A stretch of DNA of 63,901 bases, counting the filler, from Choristocarpus tenellus KU-1152 (taxonomy: Eukaryota > Protista > Phaeophyceae): the NCBI GenBank assembly GCA_964200185.2. It is 12 parts of 12 records of this genome, joined end to end, with 100 filler letters (N's around TTAATTAATTAA, not from the genome) between each part and the next. Parts side by side here need not be neighbours in the genome. Positions count along the whole stretch, not along the records: positions 33,919 to 37,817 come from CAXNAD020017259.1; positions 37,918 to 40,933 come from CAXNAD020022916.1; positions 41,034 to 43,790 come from CAXNAD020025011.1; positions 43,891 to 47,597 come from CAXNAD020018397.1; positions 47,698 to 50,852 come from CAXNAD020021910.1; 7 more parts are not named here. One strand, 5' to 3'. This document shows, piece by piece, positions 37,379 through 48,740 of this stretch. Each line of letters starts with the position of its first letter. The stretch's first letter is position 1. A program made the translations under genes and the position numbers. The notes beneath the pieces are model-generated. The model saw nothing but the letters and a program-made list of their open reading frames with translations, was not told the origin of the DNA and ran no database searches.

Positions 37379-37678
37379 ATTTTTTATTATTATTATGCCC
37401 TCTGACATTTTGCAGATGTGTCAGGGGGGAAACCAATTAAAACTATACATATGTCAGTATAAGCCCCAAATAAATAAAATATCATAAATGTGAAAACACT
37501 ATAAAACACTTGTGTGAAAAACACTAATCTATGTTACTTCACCATTATCTATATCGTACTACTGTCTTCCAGTGCTTCCCATCTACCTACTCCTGCGCCC
37601 CGGGGAGGGGAACTAAGGAGGCATCCCAAGAATCTAACAAACCCCTCCGTGCCCATCTCCCTGGAGACTCTAGTTTAA
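37379..37678 (-). mobile_element. 3' end of the RLE-type non-LTR element (reverse orientation), interrupted by a MITE
   Basis: The reverse complement has gtttgttagattcttgggatgc (cf. 36853-36874), the same ctgaca...tgtcag hairpin and an (AAT)n tail. Confidence 0.78.
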
Positions 37679-37817
37679 GGCTTCAAGTATCTGGGGGGTA
37701 GCGGGTGTCCGTTTGGGGTCAATTTTTTCATTTCGCGATTTTTTGGTGATTTCGTTGCATACGTTGGATGGATAATGTAAATGCACATTTCCTGATTTTG
37801 GTCCAAATGGACACCCT
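37679..37817 (-). mobile_element. MITE family A copy (reverse orientation, cut by the gap)
   Basis: ggcttcaagtatctgggggg...ccaaatggacaccct is the reverse complement of the 14378-14555 body. It is preceded by TAA. Confidence 0.82.
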
Positions 37818-38073
37818 NNNNNNNNNNNNNNNNNNNNNNNNNNNNNNNNNNNNNNNNNNNNTTAATTAATTAANNNNNNNNNNNNNNNNNNNNNNNNNNN
37901 NNNNNNNNNNNNNNNNNCCCATCCAAAAAAAAAGCATTTTTATTCCCCCCTAAAACCCCCCCCCCCCAAAAAAAAAATTTTTTTTCCCCCCCCCCCCCCC
38001 CCTCCTCCTCCTCCCCCAAGTAAACAGGAAAAATCAAATGCCCCCAAAGAACCAGCCCCCTAGCCCCTCTCAC

Positions 38074-40848
38074 AGGTCTGCCCGGAGTCCCTCCCCACTG
38101 TAGGTGTTGTAATAAGCCAGGCACAAAAAAGCACTGGCAGCTTCCTCACTGGGTGCATCAAAGATCTCCTTGAGGCAGTCCCTTGCCTTGGATGCATAAG
38201 ACACAGCAGATCGATCCCTCATCACAAGTGCTCCTACACTCAGTGCAGAATAAATGAGTGCCCCTCGTGCCACCCTATCAATTCAGATTTGTATTGAAGT
38301 TTGAAGTTTTAAAATGATAACCAATTCGTCTTCGTTTACTTCAGATTTTTTGTGGGAGGGAGGTTGAAGCAAGTTCAAAAACAAACAATTTATCACACCC
38401 GACATTTGTTTCCAAATATAGATTGTTCATATTATCAAACGGCAAAAAACAATTCATGATATTCTTGGAATTTAAAAAAAAATGGTTATTTAAAAATGAT
38501 GTTTTAGTAAAAATAATTTCATCTTATTTAATTCTTAAATGCTTAGTTCAAAAAAATAAAAACTACCAACATCAGTGGGGCGGAGAGGAGATCAAAGAAT
38601 TATCCCTCTCATCCTACTTAACTCTATTTCATTGAGGGTAACAGAAGTATGTGCTTCAGTTTCTTTTAGGCCGGGCATTTGTGGGGAAGCAAACTGCACT
38701 TAACCTGGATTCCTCCCCACATAAATTTCAGGGTGTACCTTTCACACACTTTGTTCAAATATAAATGATGCATATATGCAAACCTAGAAATTGGAGCTGG
38801 ACTCTAGCCTTCCAAACCTCTTAAACAATGAGCAATTCAGACTTGCTACGCTCTTGTACCTGTCAGGGTTTGCTGCAGTCCACATCCCGTTCCTACTCCT
38901 GGTCCCAATGGGAGTTCCATCCAGTGCCTCATCCTTGAGCATGGCCCTCACCATATTTGAATGCACCAATGGTAGAAACTCATTGACCGTGCTGGAATGG
39001 AAATGGAGAAGAAAAAAAAAGCACATACACACACATGCATGCAGGCAAGAGGGTCCTATCTTCTGAGGAGGCTCAAGTAGATGGAAAACACGTAAGTAGT
39101 TAAAAAGAATAGAACTAAATCAATGAAACGTAACTATCATGCAGATAGCTTTTTTTTCGTTGATTGAAGAACGTAAAGATGGTATATTGACTGTAAAGAC
39201 AATTACCATAGAAAACCAAGATGAGTGGGTATGTTGAAGAACAGTTCCCATGAGCTTTCCATTCCTAGGACAACAGTGCCCTCATACCAAGTTCTTGCCA
39301 ATGACACTTGGGTTACCAAAGAGTACATACAAATAACATGAGCTTGAAAACAAAACACAGGTATAGGATCAGAGTAAGTGTTCAGAGTCTCCACAGGGGA
39401 TACACCAGGGAGGTAAGGGGGGCTAGGTCAGAAAAATCAAGGGATGAGGCAGGAATAGTTGCGAAAGATCATTGTTCTTGGCAGGTCACAGCGGGGGGAG
39501 GGGGGAGAAAAACAAGAGCTGCATGCTTAAGCACATCAAACACAGTTCAACCCCTTAGGGGGGCTGAGGTCTTCATCAATCTACTGCAACAATTAAAAAA
39601 AATACAAAGAATAGAACAGTAACGAGATTATGGAAATTTTTCGCTAGGGTTAGAGGATCAGTACGGGGTAGAAAAAAAATGAGGAAAGAGGACAGGTGGT
39701 GATTATGAACTAAAGCAAATGGGATTCACGTTTCACACACCCTAGCTAAAGTCATGTGAGACTGAGACATGTAGCTAAGGACAACATGTGGGAACCTACA
39801 TCTGATGATACTGTTGTAAGCACATCCTCACATGAAAAAACAAAGGAGCTCAGCACATCCTCACATGATATACTGCTACAGTACATACACAACAAAAATA
39901 CCTCTGCCCAGAACTTGCTGAAATACCCTACCTAACTTACTCACGCTCACAGTAGGAAAGGCAAAAACATTGTGTGCCCTGGGAACATGTGCCTTGGCAT
40001 ACATAGCACGATTTACAGCTTGTTCCCTTCTTCAAGACTATTTTCAGTCACACAATAATAATGTCATGAAGGAGTAAGGAATAAATCAACATACCAAACA
40101 CTTCTGGGCCAATCAGTTATTCTAAGTTTCCATACACGACAAACTTAATCCCCCCAAAAAGTTCCATGCAATAAGTTATGTAGTTAAAAAGGGCAAAACT
40201 CAACTTGAGATCAAACAAGAGATAAGGCACTTCTCATTCAAAGAACTTGACAGAAAATCAGATCTACCAGTGTGGTGGTTTTGACTGGTCCATCAGGAAT
40301 AACAGAAGAAAAACATCTGAAATCACTACTACTAATGCTAATATTAATACTAATATTAACACTAACACTAACACTAACACAAATCTTAACATTAACAACC
40401 ATATGTGAGCATCGTTTGCCACCATTGGCACAACAAACATCATAGTAGACAGAAAAATTTGCCGAAAACGAGCAAGAAATCAATCCATAAAGAGGCACTA
40501 AATTTCTAGCGTGCGTGGCACCTGCAACTGCTTCAATAGTGCACTTCACATTCAATCAGGGGAATAGGGGGTATCACACCTGAGAAAAGTTTCTAGAAGG
40601 TGTTGGTCATGGGCACTGAGAGAAAGAGCTGAGCCCATCACCCCCCCGCTACCATCTGCCGGTGTAACACCAGATTCAAATTTCATTCCAGTCTGTTGCG
40701 AGCCTTTTGCAGCCTGTGGCTTTGCTGTTGCTGATACACGTTCGTGAGGAAATGGGGCTGCCACCGCTGTGGGATTTTGACTCCCAGTCAAGCGCTGTGG
40801 TTTGTGCACTGCTTCCAGCGTAGAAAACGCAGACACCCGGCTTCTACC

Positions 40849-40850
<2 letters not shown>
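38074..40850 (-). CDS. Zn(II)2Cys6-type transcription factor, 'fungal-specific' middle homology region; internal exons
   Basis: Phase-2 GT-AG exons ending at 40580 (...DQHLLETFL), 38991-38860 (TVNEFLPLVHSNMV...) and 38274-38074 (ALIYSALSVGAL...YASKARDCLKEIFDAPSEEAASAFLCLAYY). The pattern resembles the Fungal_trans domain. The zinc cluster itself is not in the contig. Confidence 0.7.
40326..40397. repeat. Degenerate hexamer repeat (ACTAAY)n, intronic
   Basis: actaatgctaatattaatactaatattaacactaacactaacactaac. Confidence 0.7.
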
Positions 40851-40879
<29 letters not shown>

Positions 40880-41155
40880 ACCCAATAACCCCCCCCCCCC
40901 CCCCCTCCCCCCCCCCCCCCCCCCCCCCCCCCCNNNNNNNNNNNNNNNNNNNNNNNNNNNNNNNNNNNNNNNNNNNNTTAATTAATTAANNNNNNNNNNN
41001 NNNNNNNNNNNNNNNNNNNNNNNNNNNNNNNNNGGGTGACGGGGGTTCCGACGTGTGCTCTTCCCCCCTCCCCCCCCCCCCCCCCCCCCTGTGCTAAAAA
41101 CACACTGTACCACTCACTGCTTGGTTGTACTTATTCCTGCTTCAATGGTGTGGAG

Positions 41156-43013
41156 CAGTGTTTGGCTCCTTGAGGATCTTCAGGGAGAGCTCATGCGTCA
41201 GGGTTTGAATGAAGCTAAGGCTCATGAGAGAGTGAGTGGGATATTGTCAGATATGAGGGTGCTCACCAGTGAACTGTTCAGGGTAAGTGGGTTCCGATAA
41301 TTGGGGTGAAAGAAGTTCATCAGTGGGGTCATTTTCCTACTTGCTTGGGATCATACACACACACCCACACACACTCACACACACACACACACACAAACAC
41401 CCACACCCACCCACCCACCCACCCACACACATACATACACACACACTGTATTGTTAACCATGGTGGGAGGTGGAGCACTTGCCTGTCTGTGGTAGGTTAT
41501 TATGGTTGTTACGGTTATTATTATTATTATTATTATTATGGTTGGCCGGTGAGAGAAAAAAATATGTGTTTATTTTTGGATGGCCGCAGTGATACACATT
41601 TTTTTATATTTATGATGGTATGTGATTTAGTTTGTTTTACGCTTGTGGTCATTGGTTTTGTTTGATGCAGTTAGGTTGTACCACTGAGTGTCTGAATTGT
41701 GGGACTTTACACGAATAGTCTCACTTATAAATATAAATATATATAAATATAAATATAAATAAATACGTATATTGAAGGTCAAGGTTATAAGCAGCAAAGA
41801 GTAATGGAAGTAGAGTACAGCTTGCTGCAAGACCTTTGCTGTGTGGCTACCATATGTACTCCAGACCCCTAGTGTCAAAATGAGCAGGAAATAAAAAAAA
41901 CAGTTCACACTCGCCTTCTGGTCAATGTGCAAACCCTTAGCGCTTACGTTGGTGATCGGATCCCTGCTTTAAATTATTTTTTTTATGTTTTTTCCAAGTG
42001 TGAAGTGTGTGTGTGAGAAGCTAGTGAGGGATGTGATCGCGCCCCCCTTCTCATGGTTGCTATCTCACTGTTCTATGTTTCTAGTACTACTCTCACCCCT
42101 TTCCGCTTCAAGTTGAACTTGACCACGTTTTTCTCACTCTATTTTATTGTTGAATCGAAGCGGTCTATTTTTTTTTTTGTGACCAATGAGATCCACTGCA
42201 CCTCTCGCCCGTGGTAGCATCACTCTGTTAGTGTATGGAAGGCATTTTTTGTTTTTGTTTGTTTTTTTGTTTTTGTTCAAGGTGCGTTTTACTCGCGTGC
42301 ATGTGAGGTCGGCGCATCGAAATGACCCAAAATATGTATTATATATTATATATTATATATTACATATTATATATTATATACAGTTACATTTTATTTATTT
42401 TGCTGGGCAGTTTGAGGGGTGAGTATCGTTAGTAACAGATACGTGTGGACGGACCTCTCCCGTGGTTGTTCCCTTCGATACTTTTTTTTTTTACATGTTT
42501 TGGTTTTTGTAACACAGGGTTGGGATGTCTGACGGCAGTAACAGGTGCCTGAAAGTATCTCCTCCTGCTGTTTCAACTGTCTAGTTGCAGGTACCCCCGA
42601 TGTTTCAACATCCATTTGCATGAGCCCCAAGGTTCTTCTTAATGATATATAATAATAACCTTTTTTGTCAAGGACACGCTTGTACTAGGGATTGTACACA
42701 ATTGGACTAGACTGCTTCAATCCTCTGACTCACCTCAGAGTGGTAATCAAATCTACTTGGCTTTTGTGGGTTCATCTCTGTCATGCTTGTCTAGCTGTAA
42801 TTGATTGCATTTTCTAGCTGCCATCGCATTCCTCTCTGCAAAGGAAGAAAAGAAATCTGGCGAAGGGGGTATCAAGCGGGACTACAAACCCAAATCTTTT
42901 TCTTTTTTTTTCTCACCCCTGTTCGGAGTGTTAAGGGTTTTAGAGTCAAAGAAAGGCCTTCCATGGTGATGTTTCCTCCTTGTTGTCTGGGTGTATCTCA
43001 TTCGCATTCGGAT

Positions 43014-43045
<32 letters not shown>

Positions 43046-43506
43046 ATCTTTTGAGGGGAATTGTAACACACAGTTACAGTTACGTTTTCCTACCTCGGCA
43101 AGAACAATAATAAAAATTAAAAATAAAAGAGGCGGTTACGTGACAGTTCGAAGCACTTTGTTGTTCATTCGCACTCTTGTTGCCATGCAGCAGAATTGTT
43201 AATTGTTATTTGTTAATTGTTTAGTCAATTTAGTCTACGATAGCTCTTCCCGGCGTGCCTAAACCGTTGACAAGCTGTACCATCTTCAGGATGGTGAATT
43301 GACACACATATTATGTATTATGTGTATGTATGTCTAAACCCCCCCCACATCGTGTTTTGTTGTGATATGTGAAGGCGTATCGGGGTGAATTCTCGGTGTT
43401 TTCGCCCCTGCCAGGGTGCTTTGAGCACTATGGCCTGGATTTCATGGTGGATGAGGCGTTCCATGTGTGGCTACTTGAAGTGAACCCTGGCCCTGACTTC
43501 AAGCAG
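41156..43506 (+). CDS. Tubulin-tyrosine ligase family (ATP-grasp) protein, Pby1-like; internal exons
   Basis: Exon ~41156-41282 (...MRVLTSELFR, donor gtaagt) and exon 43375-43506 (AYRGEFSVFSPLPGCFEHYGLDFMVDEAFHVWLLEVNPGPDFKQ), carrying the TTL signature FExYGxDFxVD...WLLEVN. Confidence 0.85.
41353..41538. repeat. Compound microsatellite (CA)n/(CCCA)n and (TTA)n
   Basis: Direct reading of the sequence. Confidence 0.85.
43017..43045. repeat. (GT)n microsatellite
   Basis: Direct reading of the sequence. Confidence 0.9.
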
Positions 43507-44751
43507 GTATAGCGGTAGGACAATAGGAAATATCCGGTTCATGTGGAACTTGAATGTGGGGGCTATGTACTTGGTGGGGAGGGGGGGGAGGGGAGGATCT
43601 GCATTTCATTGACTAGTAAGAGTCTTCATAGTATCAAAAGAGGGTCTCAGGAACAGTTGAATGAGGGTGTTACATATGGGAGAGAATAAAACATTGAAAA
43701 ATCCTCTGGAACATAGAGACCTCTGCACTCTCTGTAACATAGGTACAACCCTCCTGAACCTGTTCATCGATCCCCATTACCTCTCTTCCCNNNNNNNNNN
43801 NNNNNNNNNNNNNNNNNNNNNNNNNNNNNNNNNNTTAATTAATTAANNNNNNNNNNNNNNNNNNNNNNNNNNNNNNNNNNNNNNNNNNNNTGGTGTGTGT
43901 GTGGGGGGTGGGGGGGGGGGGGGGGGGGGGGTAGGAGGGTTAGGTAACAATGGATGCACTGCTTCGCTCTTTGCGACCTCGGCAGCTATATTCTACCCCC
44001 AAGGTGGAGATGAAGGGCTGGACAGGGCCTCCACTCGATGAGGTGATAGTGTGCTCTCTACGGCCTGTTAAACCCTAACCCTAAGTTTTAGAATGGGTGG
44101 GCGCAAGTCCAAGGCCTCACTAGAAGTGCTATTGTGCTACTAGTCTTAAATCCTCCCCCTTTTTGTCCTGGGCGAAGTTCTCGCCCATGAAGCAAGAAGG
44201 AAGACCTCATCTTTATCCTAAACATTTGAGAGATGTGGATCCATAGTTGCCCTGGATTGGTGGAAGCACACGAGTGAGAGATTATCTGTCTGGTCGGTTT
44301 GTGCTCCAGTGAGTGGTGGTCTCAAGACGGGCATCCCCCTTCCCAGAGCGTGAGCTTTGGTTGCTTGTGATCGGTTTTTGTAGTGTTTATGTTGGGAAAG
44401 TTTGTTGGTCCCTCAATGAATAGTGAGCTCCTCCCCGATTTTGCCGATGGTTTTCCGAAAACTTTTTTTTTTTGTATACAGTGGAGAATAATGTGTTTTT
44501 GATTTGATCAATTTGTGATAGATCGTTTCGTTTCTAACAAATACGCTCGTATGTCTCAACTGCATTGCTCCCCCCCCCCCCCCCCNNNNNNNNNNTTTTG
44601 TGGTGGTTCTTTTCTTTTCTCCCACAAACGGGTGTTTTTTTTTTTTGTTTTTTCCCCTCTCCCCCCCCCCCTTTTTTTAGCATCATATAGTCACCATTAC
44701 ATTATTGCTTCACTTTGGCCTGGGGACTATTCCCCAACCCATGCCACTACT

Positions 44752-45184
44752 TCACACACTGCCTACTGAAACTGACTGCTGTACCATGACTGATTGTACT
44801 GTGTTACCTCCATTTGTGGCTTGCTTCTCGGGCGTTGGGCTTAGCCATCCCGCCAACATTAATGGTCGCTCCACCTCCTCCCTTGAATCTTGTACTAGAC
44901 ACACTTCAAATTTGCTCGGCAATGAAACAACCTGTCTTTCCACCTTGTTCCTGGGCAGGCGTTGTTGTGTTGTTGTGATATAGCAACAGATGGGATGATA
45001 CAGGTGTACAGTCCGAAATGCTTGACTCGTGGATGGATATTTGAAATCAGATCTTCGGAAGCAAGAAGTCTGACATAGATGGGCTTTGAACCTGTGAAGT
45101 AATTCATGCCAGGAACAGCCTCCTTAAACCGCTTAGCCACGAAGATGCTTGTGTAGTCAGGGACGTATGTGTGTTCCTCCCACC
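44752..45184 (-). CDS. Possible 3' exons of an unidentified gene
   Basis: Candidate exons WEEHTYVPDYTSIFVAKRFKEAVPGMNYFT (~45184-45091) and VERQVVSLPSKFEV...stop (44943-44752), each with an AG acceptor. The phases do not join directly and no family was recognised. Confidence 0.3.
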
Positions 45185-47577
45185 TAGTGCAACAGATATT
45201 TTTTTCGATACCATCAAATAAGTGATTGCATGCACACTTTCCACTTTCTCCTCATGCAAGCAAGAGCTGGATCAAGTAGGTGAGGAAGGGGTGTGTGAGG
45301 TCTGTTCAGGTTTGTCATGCTCCTGTCCCAATGCATTGCATTTATAAGCTGTGAGGAAAGGACTATATTTAATGTATGTTGTACCATACATGAGCAACAA
45401 GAAAACGATGACCAACCCCATCCGAAAACAACCTACAGCGTATGGTTACTTGTACTGGTCCCAGCCCCCCCTGCTGAAGCAACACCTCATTGTGCTGGTC
45501 AATCTATCTGTACGAAAGGTTCCAGTAACTGATTTTTTTGGATCAGCTCTAAAGGTGGAACTGACGTGGGATGTGTATGATCTGACTGGAGAGGGAGATG
45601 AAAAGGAGCAGGAGCGTGAGATGCAGAAGGACTGGGAGTTTGTTGGTACAGGGGGAAGAGAGAGAGGCTTAGATCGTGGAGACCTGATGGTCGACCGTGA
45701 GCAAGGGTTTGAGAATGGGGAGGTTATTTGAGAGGGAAGAGAGACCTGGTGAGGGGGACGGAGATAAGGTATTGTAGCACTATGATAAGAGTCTAAACCA
45801 AGTCTTTTTGAGAAATAGAGGAGGTTTGAGGTTTTCTTATCTTTATCTCATGTTCTGCTTCTCTTTTGTATTTAAATAGATCTAAAATGTCTTATCATTT
45901 TTTTTTACGTATGGTATGTACTATTCATACTACAGTATCATTGACCAATGCTAAGGAAATATATATATATATATATATGTGTGTGTTGTCTTACAACAGA
46001 TCTCTCTGGGAATAATTCATTCCCTTTTTGGTAGTTCAGAGTCAAGGGAGTGGGTAGGTGAGAGATGGGGGTTTTGGTCCCAGCAGGAGTCACTAAGGAC
46101 CCATTGCAGAGATATCAAGTGATGAGTTGCCAGTTGATACTCTCGGCAGGTTGGAGATGGAATGAGGGTGTTTTGCTGGGCTTTGACAGTTAGGAAGACC
46201 TTACCATATATATGGAACTCCTCTACATATGTACATAATCTGTCCGCTTACCATGCCGTCCACTTCACAAACCCACACATTCACACCAGGATTGGACACA
46301 ATGATGAACCAACAGTAAACTTGCAACCTGTAAACCTCTTGACCTCAAAGTGATATTGTGGCTAAGTATACAGTGCTTGTCATTTTCTGAGGTCATCATT
46401 GGTGTGAAACAGGGTGTGATTTAAAATTTCCGATATCTCCATATGGGTGTGAAGGACGTTAGACAAGGCAACACTTTTCCAGTGGGTTGTCGAGCATTGT
46501 GGTATCTGTTTCCTGACATCTTTGGCCTATTGTGCATCCTCAGAGGGAGCATTGGAATGGCTTGCCATCGTCATTTGCTGCGATAGGAAGTATTTTGTTG
46601 ATGGTAAGTAAATGTACTTCAAACCTTTGTTGAGAATTTCGCCAAAAAAGGGGGGTACTTTTGCTGCTCCCAATGTACAAGCTTCACGTCTATTTTTTCC
46701 ATGGGCCTTAACTGGATAAATAAAGGTAGTAAAATATCATGAACTATCTATTGACCATTCCTAAAAAATCTACCGAGATGCTAGTTTGTGTGACATGTTT
46801 TTGGATACAACACTGTCGCATTAGTAGCTCAGCGATCTTAGAATGCACCCCTAATGTGAGAGATGCTCATTTTTCCTCCTTTTATCTTTAGAGGTTGCTG
46901 CAGTCAGACTTACGACTGACTGGGCAAGAGTCTCAAAAACCACCAATTGATACATGTATGAATGTATGGGTCTGTTTTACTCTGATCACCATGCACATAA
47001 TTATACGAAGTCATTTAGTATGAAATTCCCTTCAATGATCACTAACTCACACCAACGAGCAATATTTTACATCTATTCCTCGGACATAAAAATAAAAAAT
47101 GGATAGAAATAAACTGGGAATGAGGTAAATGACTTGTAGGAAGAATGAATATCTACACATAAAATGCATGGACAATATTTTCTCACCAAAACTTCACTAA
47201 AAAAATAGACAATCAGCAATATACTGAACTGATGTGAGTCTGACCAGTTGTCCTCATTGGACTCTGGATTTTGCATCCGTGTAGGTTTCTAGGTTTTCTA
47301 TGGGTGCAAATCGCATGTTGCTGCGTTTGGTCCTGTGAGGCCACAAGTCTCCACAGGATTGTCATACCTGTGACCTTCAAATAGTAACTTTCCTCATTCT
47401 ACTGTTTCTGTTACAGATCTAAATCTAGGATACTCTGTCACAGTGCAGACAGTTATTGGTCTAGGGCTCAAAAACACACTGAAGTACCAGGAACATTCAG
47501 CCACAATTGTTATCCATCACAGTGCCAGCAGGTATTATTGGTGTGGAGCTCTTATGATTGCTCTAGAGCACAGCAAT

Positions 47578-47597
47578 GGCTCAAAGTATCTGGGGGG
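47578..47597. mobile_element. MITE family A terminus (contig ends inside the element)
   Basis: ggctcaaagtatctgggggg. Confidence 0.75.
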
Positions 47598-47856
47598 NNN
47601 NNNNNNNNNNNNNNNNNNNNNNNNNNNNNNNNNNNNNNNNNTTAATTAATTAANNNNNNNNNNNNNNNNNNNNNNNNNNNNNNNNNNNNNNNNNNNNGGG
47701 TAGTGGAGGGGGGGAATATACACACACATACACAGAGATGGGGATGTTTTGGAGGTGGGCTGGACCGGGGGGGGCAAGGGGATGGTGGTGATAGGAGTGG
47801 ATGGAAATAAGATAGATGGATTTTTGAGATATTTATTGTGATTAGGGCCTTGGCAA

Positions 47857-48116
47857 GAGTCTAAGTATCTTAGAGAGTAGAGCCGTGTCTGTGTGGGGGC
47901 CAAAATCCAATGTTGTGGTTTTGATGTAATTTTGGCTATCGTGTTTGTTAGGAAGTGTCAATATCCTTGTTCCGGACACACCTTTTCATAACTTAGTCAT
48001 TTTACCTACTCCAAAACATTTTAGAGTAGGTAAACTGTCAAAATAAATCCATGGGAAGCCAAGCCCCAAATGGACAAATAGGGCAAAACTCGTACCCTCT
48101 TAAGATATTTTCGCTC
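47857..48116 (+). mobile_element. MITE family B, complete ~260-bp copy
   Basis: Termini gagtctaagtatcttagag / ctcttaagatattttcgctc and a central hairpin cctactc...gagtagg. Colinear with the copies at 56794-57312. Confidence 0.85.
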
Positions 48117-48323
48117 CTATGTATCTGATATTTTTAATGTAATCTTACCTTTTGAGGGTTCAAGTGCCCTTACACTCTGTATATTACAAGAGTTGATTGC
48201 ACCTAATACACACCACCGCCGCAATAGAAGGCTGGTGACATTTGAGGTTTATTCTTGTTTATCTGCACAATTCAATTCCCTCTGTGTCCCTGTCCCCCAT
48301 CACACTGTTGTTGACCCCTACAG

Positions 48324-48740
48324 GAGGCCCCAGAGCTCAGGAGTGCGGCTCGATTGGGCGGGATCACCAACGGTGAGAGCAATGATTGCCAGTTTGTTTG
48401 GAAAAGGGCTAGTGGTGGTGACTTCAGCAGTGGTACAAAGGGCACCAATAAAAGTGGAAGTCGGAAGAGTAGCAAGCGAGATGGGGCGAGTGGAAGTGGG
48501 GGCAGTGGGAGTGGTAGTGGGGGTGGAGGCAGGGATGCCTCTGGAGTAGGAACTCCAAGCCGAAAGCGAGGGAGGAGACGGTCTTCTAACAGTGACTCCA
48601 TGCAAAGGGGGCGGCATCAGAACAAATCAGGGGAAGGTAGTGGGGCAAGGAGGGCAGGAGGGCCCCATGTCAAGAGTGGGGGTGGAGACCGGGTGGGCGA
48701 AGGGGAAGGGAAGTGTGATGCACGAGTTGACAGTGATTAG
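48324..48740 (+). CDS. Probable terminal exon of an unidentified gene (Gly/Ser/Arg-rich tail)
   Basis: Pyrimidine tract and ctacag acceptor, then EAPELRSAARLGGITNGESNDCQFVWKRASGG... to a stop at 48740. Confidence 0.5.
   Translation, partial: EAPELRSAARLGGITNGESNDCQFVWKRASGGDFSSGTKGTNKSGSRKSSKRDGASGSGGSGSGSGGGGRDASGVGTPSRKRGRRRSSNSDSMQRGRHQNKSGEGSGARRAGGPHVKSGGGDRVGEGEGKCDARVDSD

Noticed and set aside
37918-38045. Alternating A/C/T homopolymer blocks (also 44570-44680, 40850-40933 and 61229-61267)
   Set aside because: Typical low-quality read tails next to G/C runs at contig edges, not a biological pattern.
44071-44088. Telomere-like CCCTAA/TTAGGG repeats (also ~15917, 30656, 57735 and 60162)
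   Set aside because: Only about two units each, too short to call telomeric or a targeted insertion site.
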